A stretch of 64,000 bases of DNA. Origin: Nitrosopumilus sp. (GTDB taxonomy: Archaea > Thermoproteota > Nitrososphaeria > Nitrososphaerales > Nitrosopumilaceae). The notes below the pieces were generated by a model that saw only the letters and a list, made by a program, of their open reading frames with translations, was not told the DNA's origin and ran no database searches. Location of the stretch: the NCBI GenBank assembly GCA_963667665.2, contig OY763927.2, forward strand, positions 1,820,961-1,884,960, given 5' to 3'. Shown here piece by piece: positions 11,601 to 18,281 of the stretch. Position 1 is the stretch's first letter. Every line of letters starts with the position of its first letter. A program made the position numbers and the translations under genes.

Positions 11601-12651
11601 AATTGAGAGGTACAGCCCGGCAGCAGAAAACACCGACAGCCAGACACTGGTATACAAGGTGACCTTCAGCGAGAATGTTACGGGGGTGGACACATCTGAC
11701 TTTACATTATCTCCTGACAGCACTGGCAACGGTACCGGCTCCGGACAGTTCACGCAGACAAGAACGCCTGCCATCACCATACCCTACGATCAGATCGTGA
11801 CTGACACCATCCTAGTTACCGGCTCCGGCACTGCCACATCCGTCTCTGTTGCAGTGGACATCGCCCACCAATACGTAGTCGATCTCAAGGTAGACCTCAT
11901 CGCCCCTGACGGCACGGTTCAAACGCTGCACGACCACTCAAGCGGTTCGGCTAACATAGATCAGACCTACACGCCTGACTTTGGCAGCGTCTCCATCGCA
12001 GGAAACTGGACCTTACAGATGCACGACGATTACAGTGCAGACGACGGCATTTTGAACAGCTGGATGCTTACAGTCAATCATGACTCTGACATTGCCACCC
12101 ATGTTACCTCGATATCAGGCTCCGGTGATGTGTACTATGCAACGCTCTCTGCTGCGCAGGACGGTACCTACAACCTTGATCTTGTGTCATCCGGCCACAG
12201 CATCACCGATGCCGCAGCCAACCCTCTAACTGACACTATCCCCACCACCGGAACTGACGAGACATACACCGTCAGCACCATACCTGCAGATGTCACTGCC
12301 CCCACACTTGCATCAATTGAGAGGTACAGCCCGGCAGCAGAAAACACCGACAGCCAGACACTGGTATACAAGGTGACCTTCAGCGAGAATGTTACGGGGG
12401 TGGATGCATCTGACTTTATCCTGTCCCCTGACAGCACAGGGGGAGGCACCACCACCACCTCTGCCGAACAGTTCACGCAGACAAGATCCCCAAACCTTGC
12501 CATACCTGACCTTCAAACCGTATCTGACACCATCACAGTATCTGATTCCGGGACCGTCACATCCGTCTCAGTTGCAGTGGACATCACGCATACCTATAGC
12601 AATGCGCATAAGTTTCTGTACAGCCAATTTCTGGGCATCGTCGTCCCTTGA
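1..12651 (+). CDS. Giant surface protein, 5' end outside window: DUF285/BspA-like repeats followed by tandem Ig-like modules with inserted proprotein-convertase P-domains; C-terminus truncated by IS630
   Basis: Open frame from the window start. 25-aa repeats WDVSSVTDMSGMF..ASSFN.DLS to ~2650, then 16 modules starting NTNPRLASIER. P-domain signature VDITHNYIGDLKIDIIAPDG...G.WTLQIHD...G.LNSWTL. The last 18 codons come from the IS630 end. Confidence 0.9.
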   Translation, partial: TSDFDGDLSGWDVSSVTDMSGMFNSASSFNQPLNGWDVSKVTDMSGMFAFTSVFNQPLNSWNVSSVSNMNGMFNSASSFNQPLNSWNVSSVTDMSDMFNSAFSFNGDLSSWDVSSVTDMASMFFYTSDFDGDLSGWDVSSVTDMSGMFNSASSFNGDLSGWDVSSVTDMSYMFFYTSDFDGDLSGWDVSSVTDMSGMFNSASSFNQPLNGWDVSKVTDMSGMFAFTSVFNQPLNSWNVSSVSNMNGMFNSASSFNQPLNSWNVSSVTDMSDMFNSAFSFNGDLSSWDVSSVTDMASMFFYTSDFDGDLSGWDVSSVTDMSGMFNSASSFNGDLSGWDVSSVTDMSYMFFYTSDFDGDLSGWDVSSVTDMSGMFNSASSFNQPLNGWDVSKVTDMSGMFAFTSVFNQLLNSWNVSSVSNMNGMFNSASSFNQPLNSWNVSSVTDMSDMFNSAFSFNGDLSSWDVSSVTDMASMFFYTSDFDGDLSGWDVSSVTDMSGMFNSASSFNGDLSGWDVSSVTDMSYMFFYTSDFDGDLSGWDVSSVTDMSGMFNSASSFNQPLNGWDVSKVTDMSGMFAFTSVFNQLLNSWNVSSVSNMNGMFNSASSFNQPLNSWNVSSVTDMSDMFNSAFSFNGDLSSWDVSSVTDMASMFFYTSDFDGDLSGWDVSSVTDMSGMFNSASSFNQPLNGWDVSKVTDMSGMFAFTSVFNQLLNSWDVSSVTDMSDMFNSAFSFNGDLSSWDVSSVTDMASMFFYTSDFDGDLSGWDVSSVTDMSDMFNSAFSFNGDLSSWDVSSVTDMASMFFYTSDFDGDLSGWDVSSVTDMAGMFNSASSFNGDLSSWDVSSVTDMSYMFSYSSFNGDLSGWDVSGVTYMEQMFQSASFNGNLGNWYITLDNASVTGILQAVGNITPQNEFLATHEPTYSIGSSSDSEHFGINGAALVLMTIPDANPAIVNITSTGDFGTSNSRIFEITILPGVADTTNPRLASIERSSPTSQNTDSQSLIYEVTFSESVTGVTSSDFILSLVGSNAGTGSITGISGSGSVYYVTVSAAQDGTYNLDLVSSGHGIRDAANNLLNNTTPTTGTDETYTVSTTVIDNTNPRLASIERYSPAAENTDSQTLVYKVTFSENVTGVDTSDFTLSPDSTGNSTGSGQFTQTRTPAITIPYDQIVTDTILVTGSGTATSVSVAVDIAHPYIDDLKVDLIAPDGTVQTLHDRPSGPANIDQTYTPDFGSVSIAGNWTLQMHDDYSADDGILNSWMLTVNHDSDIATHVTSISGSGDVYYATLSAAQDGTYNLDLVSSGHSITDAAANPLTDTIPTTGTDETYTVSTTVIDNTNPRLASIERYTPATENTDNQTLVYKATFSEDVTGVTVSDFTLSSDSAGGESTSTSTGQFTQTRSPHLTIPDLATVSDTITVPDSETATSVSVEVDITHNYIGDLKIDIIAPDGTSITLHDNSGGSTDNIDQPYAPLFGSIPISGVWTLQIHDRDAPDPGVLNSWTLTINYSTTTTVSPVTGISGSGDVYYVTVSAAQDGTYNLDLVSSDHNIVDAANNSLTNTATTGADQTYTVSTAVIDNTNPRLASIERSSPTSQNTDSQSLLYKATFSEDVTGVTASDFVLSPSSTGRVSGTTQVTGISGSGDVYYVTVSATQDGTYNLDLVSSDHNIVDAANNSLTNTATTGADQTYTVSTAVIDNTNPRLASIERSSPTSQNTDSQSLLYKATFSEDVTGVTASDFVLSPSSTGRVSGTTQVTGISGSSDTYYVTVSSSTDGTYNLDLVSSDHNIVDAANNSLTNTATTGADQTYTVSTAVIDNTNPRLASIERYTPATENTDNQTLVYKATFSEDVTGVTVSDFTLSSDSAGGESTSTSTGQFTQTRSPHLTIPDLATVSDTITVPDSETATSVSVEVDITHNYIGDLKIDIIAPDGTSITLHDNSGGSTDNIDQPYAPLFGSIPISGVWTLQIHDRDAPDPGVLNSWTLTINYSTTTTVSPVTGISGSGDVYYVTVSAAQDGTYNLDLVSSGHGIRDAANNLLNNTTPTTGTDETYTVSTTVTDNTNPRLASIERYSPAAENTDSQTLVYKVTFSENVTGVDTSDFTLSPDSTGNGTGSGQFTQTRTPAITIPYDQIVTDTILVTGSGTATSVSVAVDIAHQYVVDLKVDLIAPDGTVQTLHDHSSGSANIDQTYTPDFGSVSIAGNWTLQMHDDYSADDGILNSWMLTVNHDSDIATHVTSISGSGDVYYATLSAAQDGTYNLDLVSSGHSITDAAANPLTDTIPTTGTDETYTVSTTVIDTINPRLASIERSSPTSQNTDSQSLIYEVTFSESVTGVTSSDFILSLVGSNAGTGSITGISGSGSVYYVTVSAAQDGTYNLDLVSSGHGIRDAANNLLNNTTPTTGTDETYTVSTTVTDNTNPRLASIERYTPATENTDNQTLVYKATFSEDVTGVTVSDFTLSSDSAGGESTSTSTGQFTQTRSPNLTIPDLATVSDTITVPDSETATSVSVEVDITHNYIGDLKIDIIAPDGTSITLHDNSGGSTDNIDQPYAPLFGSIPISGVWTLQIHDRTAPDPGVLNSWTLTINYGTTTTVSPVTDISGSGDVYYVTVSALQDGTYNLDLVSSDHNIVDAANNPLTDTATTGADQTYTVSTAVIDNTNPRLASIERSSPTSQNTDSQSLLYKATFSEDVTGVTVSDFTLSSDSAGGESTSTSTGQFTQTRSPHLTIPDLATVSDTITVSSSGTVASVSVEVDITHNYIGDLKIDIIAPDGTSITLHDNSGGSTDNIDQPYAPLFGSIPISGVWTLQIHDRDAPDPGVLNSWTLTINYSDTATTLSSVTDISGSGDVYYVTVSATQDGTYNLDLVSSDHNIVDAANNPLTNTATTGADQTYTVSTAVIDNTNPRLASIERYNPATENTDSQTLVYKATFSEDVTGVTVSDFTLSSDSAGGESTSTSTGQFTQTRSPNLTIPDLATVSDTITVSSSGTATSVSVEVDITHNYIGDLKIDIIAPDGTSITLHDNSGGSTDNIDQPYAPLFGSIPISGVWTLQIHDRTAPDPGVLNSWTLTINYGTTTTVSSVTDISGSGDVYYVTVSATQDGTYNLDLVSSDHNIADAANNSLTNTATTGADQTYTVSTAVIDNTNPRLASIERSSPTSQNTDSQSLLYKATFSEDVTGVTASDFVLSPSSTGRVSGTTQVTGISGSGDTYYVTVSSSTDGTYNLDLVSSDHNIVDAANNSLTNTATTGADQTYTVSTAVIDNTNPRLASIERYTPATENTDNQTLVYKATFSEDVTGVTVSDFTLSSDSAGGESTSTSTGQFTQTRSPHLTIPDLATVSDTITVSSSGTATSVSVEVDITHNYIGDLKIDIIAPDGTSITLHDNSGGSTDNIDQPYAPLFGSIPISGVWTLQIHDRTAPDPGVLNSWTLTINYGTTTTVSPVTGISGSGDVYYVTVSATQDGTYNLDLVSSDHNIADAANNSLTNTATTGADQTYTVSTAVIDNTNPRLASIERYTPATENTDSQSLLYKATFSEDVTGVTASDFVLSPSSTGRVSGTTQVTGISGSGDTYYVTVSSSTDGTYNLDLVSSDHNIVDAANNSLTNTATTGADQTYTVSTAVIDNTNPRLASIERYTPATENTDNQTLVYKATFSEDVTGVTVSDFTLSSDSAGGESTSTSTGQFTQTRSPHLTIPNLATVSDTITVSSSGTVASVSVEVDITHNYIGDLKIDIIAPDGTSITLHDNSGGSTDNIDQPYAPLFGSIPISGVWTLQIHDRDAPDPGVLNSWTLTINYSTTTTVSPVTGISGSGDVYYVTVSATQDGTYNLDLVSSGHGIRDAANNLLNNTTPTTGTDETYTVSTTVTDNTNPRLASIERYSPAAENTDSQTLVYKVTFSENVTGVDTSDFTLSPDSTGNGTGSGQFTQTRTPAITIPYDQIVTDTILVTGSGTATSVSVAVDIAHQYVVDLKVDLIAPDGTVQTLHDHSSGSANIDQTYTPDFGSVSIAGNWTLQMHDDYSADDGILNSWMLTVNHDSDIATHVTSISGSGDVYYATLSAAQDGTYNLDLVSSGHSITDAAANPLTDTIPTTGTDETYTVSTIPADVTAPTLASIERYSPAAENTDSQTLVYKVTFSENVTGVDASDFILSPDSTGGGTTTTSAEQFTQTRSPNLAIPDLQTVSDTITVSDSGTVTSVSVAVDITHTYSNAHKFLYSQFLGIVVP
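2920..12596 (+). repeat. Coding module array: short (~321-357 bp) and long (~720-729 bp) units
   Basis: Recurring ACCAACCCAAGACTTGCATCAATTGAG anchor; near-identical mosaic units. Confidence 0.95.
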
Positions 12652-14123
12652 TCATCACATCTTTGTAAATCATCGTCTCCTGCATTCCGAACAGCATCTG
12701 TATACCTTCAACGTATTTTTTTCACACAAATTTGTAAATTAGAACTATCTTGGCATTTCACACGAACGTCAATTTAACCGTACTGTTACTAAATAGGAAA
12801 AGTCAAAAATTTGTTTCACTAAATGTACACATGCATGGACATAAAATGCTAAAACAAGTGCAAAAAGTAGAACATGCAGGCTGCATATCACGTCGGTTAT
12901 CCATGCTGTTGGCATTTATGGTAATCAAAACATTTGTCAATACTGCCAAAATATCTTGTTGTGATCGTCGTACTGTTGCCATGTAACATTGCAGGTTTGC
13001 ATGTGCTGCAAAATCATTTCATGGAATATGGCAGGCCCTCTCAGACAAACCACGGTCAGGACGTCCACCCAAGATAGACAGAAAAATTCTAAACAAAGCA
13101 AGGCATTGGTGCGAGGAACGCGCATTTACACCCGTAGAACTGCACGACAAACTAGAAGAGATGTCTGGAAAAAACCTTGGCATCTCGCAGATAAGGCGAT
13201 ATGCCAGACAGTGGGGATACTCTAGAAAAAAGACACAGCCAATCATGGTTAGTAGAACACCAATAGAAGAGGTGAACAAATGGAGAGCCAGCCTGTATCA
13301 AAAGATTGCAAGATACACAAAGATGCGATATACAATTGTAACACAAGATGAATCACACTTTAAGGACGCTGCAATGTCTGCAAAATATTGGGCAAAACTG
13401 TGCCTACGCATATTCATGTTATGGAGCGGAGGATTTCATAGATTCTCAATGATATGCAGCATGACACAAGACGGCAGACAGTTTTTTAATCACTGTCAGA
13501 CTGTCAATACCACTTCCTTTCTAGAACATATGGACAAGGTGTACATGGAGGTAGGCAAGATGGTCCTGATACTAGACAAGGCACCGCGGCATACATCCAA
13601 GGAGACGAAAAGATTCTTTGCAGAGCGCGACATTATTGTCCTGTGGTATCCTATCGGACATCCATATCTGAATCCCGTAGAGGAAGTATGGAGCGTACTC
13701 AAACGTGTAATGAATCATTCCATACGTTATGCAGACAAGGATGCACATCTGGCAGCAGTGTATGAATTTATCAGGGTACACAAGTTTGATTATAATTTTA
13801 AGAAATTCTGGAAGAGAAAACCGCCCAAAGGAATCATGCGGCCATTCATAAAGATGGATGATCCGCCAAATCCCGACATTGTATCACACCAGGTATCGTC
13901 TAAACCTGCACAAAAACAATGATTGTACGAATAGTTTGATCTTCTGTATGTATCATGTTGGTGCCTGCATTTTTTTCCAATGTGATATGTATAGCCATAC
14001 ATGAATCTGAATTTTAATTTTCCATGCATTTTGTTTTGTGCTTTTGGTGTATTCCCCAGACAAGAGGCATTATGCCTATGATGGTCCTAAAATATCATGT
14101 ACAGAAACTTATGCACGTTGCTA
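12597..14123 (+). mobile_element. IS630-family insertion sequence
   Basis: TIRs TAGCAATGCGCATAAGTTTCTGTACA and (reverse complement) TAGCAACGTGCATAAGTTTCTGTACA; TA on both sides (12595-96, 14124-25). Confidence 0.9.
12831..13922 (+). pseudogene. IS630 transposase with in-frame stop at 12984-12986
   Basis: ORFs 12750..12986 and 13161..13922 share one frame; SGRPPK HTH linker; DDE motifs QDESHF, LILDKAPRH, YLNPVEEVWS. Confidence 0.85.
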
Positions 14124-14312
14124 TACAACTGCAATCCAGGAGCATTTAGAGATCAAATAGTTCTTGATCAAGAAGACTCCCAATGGCATTTTAACAAGCA
14201 AATTAAAGAGCCAAATCCATCATTCCTTGATTATGCATCACCAGTTTGGTGGTGGGTATATTATACTGCAGTATGGCATGCTGATGAAATAGGAACTCCT
14301 ACACAGTGGTAA
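14124..14312 (+). pseudogene. C-terminal stub 1 of an unknown Trp-rich protein (5' part removed at the IS630 end)
   Basis: YNCNPGAFRDQ...KEPNPSFLDYASPVWWWVYYTAVWH; homologous to 14613..14840; followed by a T-run. Confidence 0.6.
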
Positions 14313-14378
14313 CCCCACTTTTTTTTATTATATTAAAATTATATGTAATACCGCAGTATCAAAAGTTAGGATTATAAA

Positions 14379-14570
14379 ATGACTAATTTTTTCTGGTATT
14401 TACTTTCATCATTATTTGGATTCGTGGGGTATGTTATGGTTGCAAATTCATTAGCATATGAAAACAAAAAAGTAATTAAAAAAAGCCTGTACTTGGCCAG
14501 TATCTCAACAGCTGTTTATTTTGTATTATTCATATTGTATGTGATAACGTTTTCACAATCCAATGATTGA
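14379..14570 (+). CDS. Small two-TM membrane protein (candidate immunity protein)
   Basis: 63 aa, two hydrophobic segments separated by a Lys-rich loop. Confidence 0.6.
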   Translation: MTNFFWYLLSSLFGFVGYVMVANSLAYENKKVIKKSLYLASISTAVYFVLFILYVITFSQSND

Positions 14571-14612
14571 TAGTATTAGATCAAAAGCCCTTCGAGTCTA
14601 GGATCGGATTTA

Positions 14613-14840
14613 ATGATTTCATTTAAGTATGGAGGATGTACTGGCGGTGAATTTAGAGATCAACAGGTCATAACTCATGACAACATAGGATATAATCAGA
14701 ACTTCTATGTTGGTGGTCAAACCTACAAAGGCATAGGTGCAACAGGTCAATTCAATGAGCCAAATTCAAACTTAAACGAATATGTCGCCCCTACGTGGTG
14801 GTGGGATGTTTATGTTTGGCAATGGCATGAAAGTAACTAA
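14613..14840 (+). CDS. Stub 2 of the Trp-rich family, no signal peptide
   Basis: GGCTGGEFRDQ...NEPNSNLNEYVAPTWWWDVYVWQWH; T-run after the stop. Confidence 0.6.
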   Translation: MISFKYGGCTGGEFRDQQVITHDNIGYNQNFYVGGQTYKGIGATGQFNEPNSNLNEYVAPTWWWDVYVWQWHESN

Positions 14841-14861
14841 CACTTTCTTTCCTTTTTTATT

Positions 14862-15092
14862 TTGAATAAAAGAAAAATTTTAATCATTATTGGAATTATA
14901 TTATTAATACCAATTTTAATAATCTGTACAGTTTTTTCATTTTATGCAATAGATAACTATCTAGAACACCATTATTGTAAAAAGGGAGGAGGATTAGAGT
15001 ACGAGGACAGTATGCTTAACACATGTATTTATCCAGTCATAGATTCACTCAATGAATCACAACAATCAACTTGGATTAATACAGATCCATAG
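14862..15092 (+). CDS. Small membrane-anchored protein with a Cys pair
   Basis: Basic N-terminus, long hydrophobic helix, C-x16-C; TTG start. Confidence 0.55.
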   Translation: MNKRKILIIIGIILLIPILIICTVFSFYAIDNYLEHHYCKKGGGLEYEDSMLNTCIYPVIDSLNESQQSTWINTDP

Positions 15093-15136
15093 TGTTGGTG
15101 CAACATATACTACAACTAACCCCTTTTTCTTTTTTT

Positions 15137-15364
15137 ATGACTTCTAAAAAATTAAAAATAATTTATTATGTATTGATTTTGTATGGGGGTGTTGGTGTTA
15201 TCTCATTAATATTCTATTTTCCATCATTTGTGTACAATCAAGATGATGTACCTGGTAAAATTATATCAGTAATTTACACATTTATTGTTATTTTTGTACC
15301 GTTATCTATTGGAATAATACTATTTTTTAAATCAAAAACTACAAGACCGCGTGATTATCAGTAA
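15137..15364 (+). CDS. Small two-TM membrane protein
   Basis: Likely ATG at 15137 after a T-run; two hydrophobic helices. Confidence 0.6.
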   Translation: MTSKKLKIIYYVLILYGGVGVISLIFYFPSFVYNQDDVPGKIISVIYTFIVIFVPLSIGIILFFKSKTTRPRDYQ

Positions 15365-15426
15365 CCAAAATATTTGGTAATTCAGCCAGATATTATGTAA
15401 TAACTCTATTCTGGATATGATATGAT

Positions 15427-15837
15427 TTGCTGAAACAAATAACTGCTACAGGGGTAATTGGAGTAGTAATTGTTGTAATTATTGCTTTATTTTCTTCTAA
15501 TTCTTCTACTGAAGAAACTGTTGATGAAACAGACTTGTTCATTAAAGGCGATGTGATAATGCCAACAAAAGTTTCTCGCCCAGGATGTGAAGAAACTGAT
15601 AGATGTTATATTCCCTCTCTCATTGTAATTGAAAAAGGAAAACAAGTAACATGGGTAAATGAAGATTCAGCGTTTCATAGTATCACTTCTGGTTTTTACG
15701 ATACACCAACTGATCTTTTTGACAGTGGACATTTAGATCCATTTGAATCCTATACTCTTACTTTTGATGAAACAGGCACATATGATTATTTTTGTACTCT
15801 TCATCCTTGGATGAAAGGACAGGTAGTTGTTGAATAA
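15427..15837 (+). CDS. Plastocyanin/cupredoxin-like blue copper protein
   Basis: N-terminal TM; VTWVNEDSAFHSITSG and YDYFCTLHPWMKG (H, C, H, M type-1 copper ligands). Confidence 0.92.
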   Translation: MLKQITATGVIGVVIVVIIALFSSNSSTEETVDETDLFIKGDVIMPTKVSRPGCEETDRCYIPSLIVIEKGKQVTWVNEDSAFHSITSGFYDTPTDLFDSGHLDPFESYTLTFDETGTYDYFCTLHPWMKGQVVVE

Positions 15838-15908
15838 GGTACCCGAGGGAGTCGAACCCCCTTGTATAGGCTTTGCAGGCCCACGCATAACCGTTCTGCC
15901 AGAGTACC
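15837..15908 (-). tRNA. tRNA-Cys (GCA)
   Basis: Cloverleaf GGTACTC...GGGTACC-T, anticodon loop CT-GCA-AA, GGTTCGACTCC T-arm. Confidence 0.92.
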
Positions 15909-15994
15909 GTTTTAAAAAACACAAAATGAATAATTAAACTCTTTAGATTAGAACGAATAGTGTAATTAAAAAGGTGGTTTTGCCGTGCTTATAC

Positions 15995-17056
15995 ATGACA
16001 TTTCTGATAAGGGAGAGAACTAGGGAAAGTTATTCTGAAAAGATTTCAAAGAAAAGTTCATCATTACAGAACTCTACAAGAATAGCACTTAACCATTTTG
16101 AAAAATTCTGTAGTGAAAAATACAGTCACTCATCAGAAGATGTCATAGCAGAACTATTATCATTTGAGCTACGTCAGATGGAATCTGCCACTTGTGATGT
16201 ATATCAAGATTGGGTTAATTGGAGTGTAGACAAGGCAACATATCTGAACTCACTTGAAATCTATTTTTCATGTATAAAATCATACATGCATTATAGAGGT
16301 CTAAAACTAACTGACAAAGACATTAAGGAAAATGTTAGTATCCCAAAACAAACTGAAGAAGAAAAATATCCACTACAAGTAGGAGAAATTATAACTATTT
16401 TATCTTGTGCACATTATGCCAAAAAATCACTCTACCTTATTTTAATTTCATCTGGAATGCGTGTTGGTGAAACAGCACAAATCAGAAAAAAACACATAAA
16501 AATAATCGAGGGAAGAATGGTAATTTACATTTCTGCAAAGTTTACAAAAACCAAAATTGCAAGAACAGTCTACACATCTATTGAAGCAACTAAACACAAT
16601 ATTGGAAAATATAACAGAATTAATAATGAAGATTTAATGTGGGGTACAAATGACAATAGAGAATCAGCAGTAGTTGCAGAAGATAAAACATTTGCAAGTT
16701 ATACAGATAAAGTTGGATTGATAGAAAGATATGATTCTGGTACAAGAAAAATCACAATACATTCATTTCGTGCATATTATCATACACGTGCTGCAAGAAC
16801 ACATGATCTAGGATATGCTCATAAAATGACAGGTCATAAAGGGTATCTTCCAATTTATGATAGACTATCTGATGAAGAAAAACTTGAGATGTATCTAGAA
16901 TTAGAACCAAAATTATTTGTTTATGATCAAACAATAAATGAAATGAAGATTAAAAATCTCAAAGAAGCAAATAGAGAAAATGAATCACTTAAAGAAAGAT
17001 TAGAAAAAATTGAAGCTGAATTATTCGTACGAAAAAATTTCAAAGAAGTGGGCTAA
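15995..17056 (+). CDS. Tyrosine recombinase/integrase with coiled-coil tail
   Basis: SGMRVGE, TKTK, HSFR, TGH...Y catalytic set; adjacent to tRNA-Cys. Confidence 0.9.
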   Translation: MTFLIRERTRESYSEKISKKSSSLQNSTRIALNHFEKFCSEKYSHSSEDVIAELLSFELRQMESATCDVYQDWVNWSVDKATYLNSLEIYFSCIKSYMHYRGLKLTDKDIKENVSIPKQTEEEKYPLQVGEIITILSCAHYAKKSLYLILISSGMRVGETAQIRKKHIKIIEGRMVIYISAKFTKTKIARTVYTSIEATKHNIGKYNRINNEDLMWGTNDNRESAVVAEDKTFASYTDKVGLIERYDSGTRKITIHSFRAYYHTRAARTHDLGYAHKMTGHKGYLPIYDRLSDEEKLEMYLELEPKLFVYDQTINEMKIKNLKEANRENESLKERLEKIEAELFVRKNFKEVG

Positions 17057-17192
17057 CAAGTTTATTCATATCTGAACACATTCCAGCAAATAATACATGT
17101 TCACACATCTCAGTATGTATTGTACATGTTAGTTTTCCATTCTGAAGAGAAACCTTGGCCACCACCTTACAGTCTTTGTCATCAATGTACAT
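17040..17192 (-). CDS. Small Cys/His-containing ORF or gene fragment
   Basis: MYIDDKDCKVVAKVSLQNGKLTCTIHTEMCEHVLFAG..., read manually; below the ORF-track cutoff. Confidence 0.35.
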   Translation of the reverse strand: MYIDDKDCKVVAKVSLQNGKLTCTIHTEMCEHVLFAGMCSDMNKLVSPLL

Positions 17193-17364
17193 TATACCCT
17201 CACTGAATCCGATTTTTTTATAACTTGAAAAATTACTCTCTTGTTAGAATTAATATTATCAAAATACCAATACTCATGGCACCAAGTCCTGTAATTATTT
17301 TCATAATTACTAGATCCTTTACCTCAATTAAAGAATTATAAAATGATATCATAAATAACTAATC

Positions 17365-17553
17365 ATGCGAATTGACTGCTGCAGGAACTGTGGTGAACCA
17401 TTAAAGGTGTTGGAATATTGTAAAATATGCGAGCAACCATTAAAAATAAAATGTGTAAAATGCAATCATTTCACTGATGATTCAATCCACTCAAACTGTG
17501 ATGTTATAATGAAATCCTCCAAATATACGTCAAAAATATCTGTTTCTGTGTAG
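17365..17553 (+). CDS. Small zinc-ribbon protein
   Basis: Three CxxC pairs plus HxxC in 62 aa. Confidence 0.7.
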   Translation: MRIDCCRNCGEPLKVLEYCKICEQPLKIKCVKCNHFTDDSIHSNCDVIMKSSKYTSKISVSV

Positions 17554-17890
17554 CTTATTGTAGCTTTTTCAAAATTTCAGTTGTAAAAATTATACATTAT
17601 AATGTGTAATTTATGATAATTTTCATATAATATTCCATTATTTGTATTTAGTTCAATAAGCTACAGAAGCTACAGAAGCTACACCCTTTAAAGTTCCTTT
17701 TTGAAAAAATTATTTTTTGTATTTTATTTTTTTCTAGACTCTAGGAAAATACCCTGTAGCTTTCGTAGCTTTTGTAGCTTTTCCTAGTCACAAATCCTCA
17801 TACTATCACACCAAAACTACATATCCTTGTAGCTCATCACGCCTAGAAAATTAGCGATATCCGCAATTCTGTAGCTTCTTGTAGCTTTAT
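17550..17890. repeat. Iteron-like GTAGCT/AGCTAC array (putative origin or protein-binding array)
   Basis: 11 copies; two triplets with 9-bp period, in inverted orientation around an AT-rich spacer. Confidence 0.7.
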
Positions 17891-18029
17891 CTAGTCATAC
17901 AACCAGTATACAACCACACCTATTTTACCACAGATTTGGATACCAAATACGATATTCGTTAATTATAATTAAATCCCAAATAATAATTAGATAAAAAATT
18001 CTTTTATCTAATTATATGATGTAATTTTC

Positions 18030-18281
18030 ATGAAGAGCCATTACATCGCAATCCTTGCAGCAGTTTTAGTATTGAGTGCAACCAGATTCATATTTAGTGA
18101 ATCATATGGTTCATCTGCACAACCTCAGGATAGTTACATTATAACATGTATAGGTTATGAGAATGTACCAATAACATATGCCCAACGAGTATCACATGGG
18201 TGTGCTTTAATATGTCATTCAGATTATATTTTAAACAGTGTAAGTGGTACAAATATGATATCATATGATACAGGTGCGTGA
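18030..18281 (+). pseudogene. Secreted-protein gene truncated at 18272 by the transposition junction
   Basis: Signal-peptide-like N-terminus; runs directly into transposase sequence. Confidence 0.55.

Noticed and set aside
1-12596. Regular repeats as a CRISPR array
   Set aside because: Units are in-frame coding repeats with no unique spacers, and no cas genes are present.
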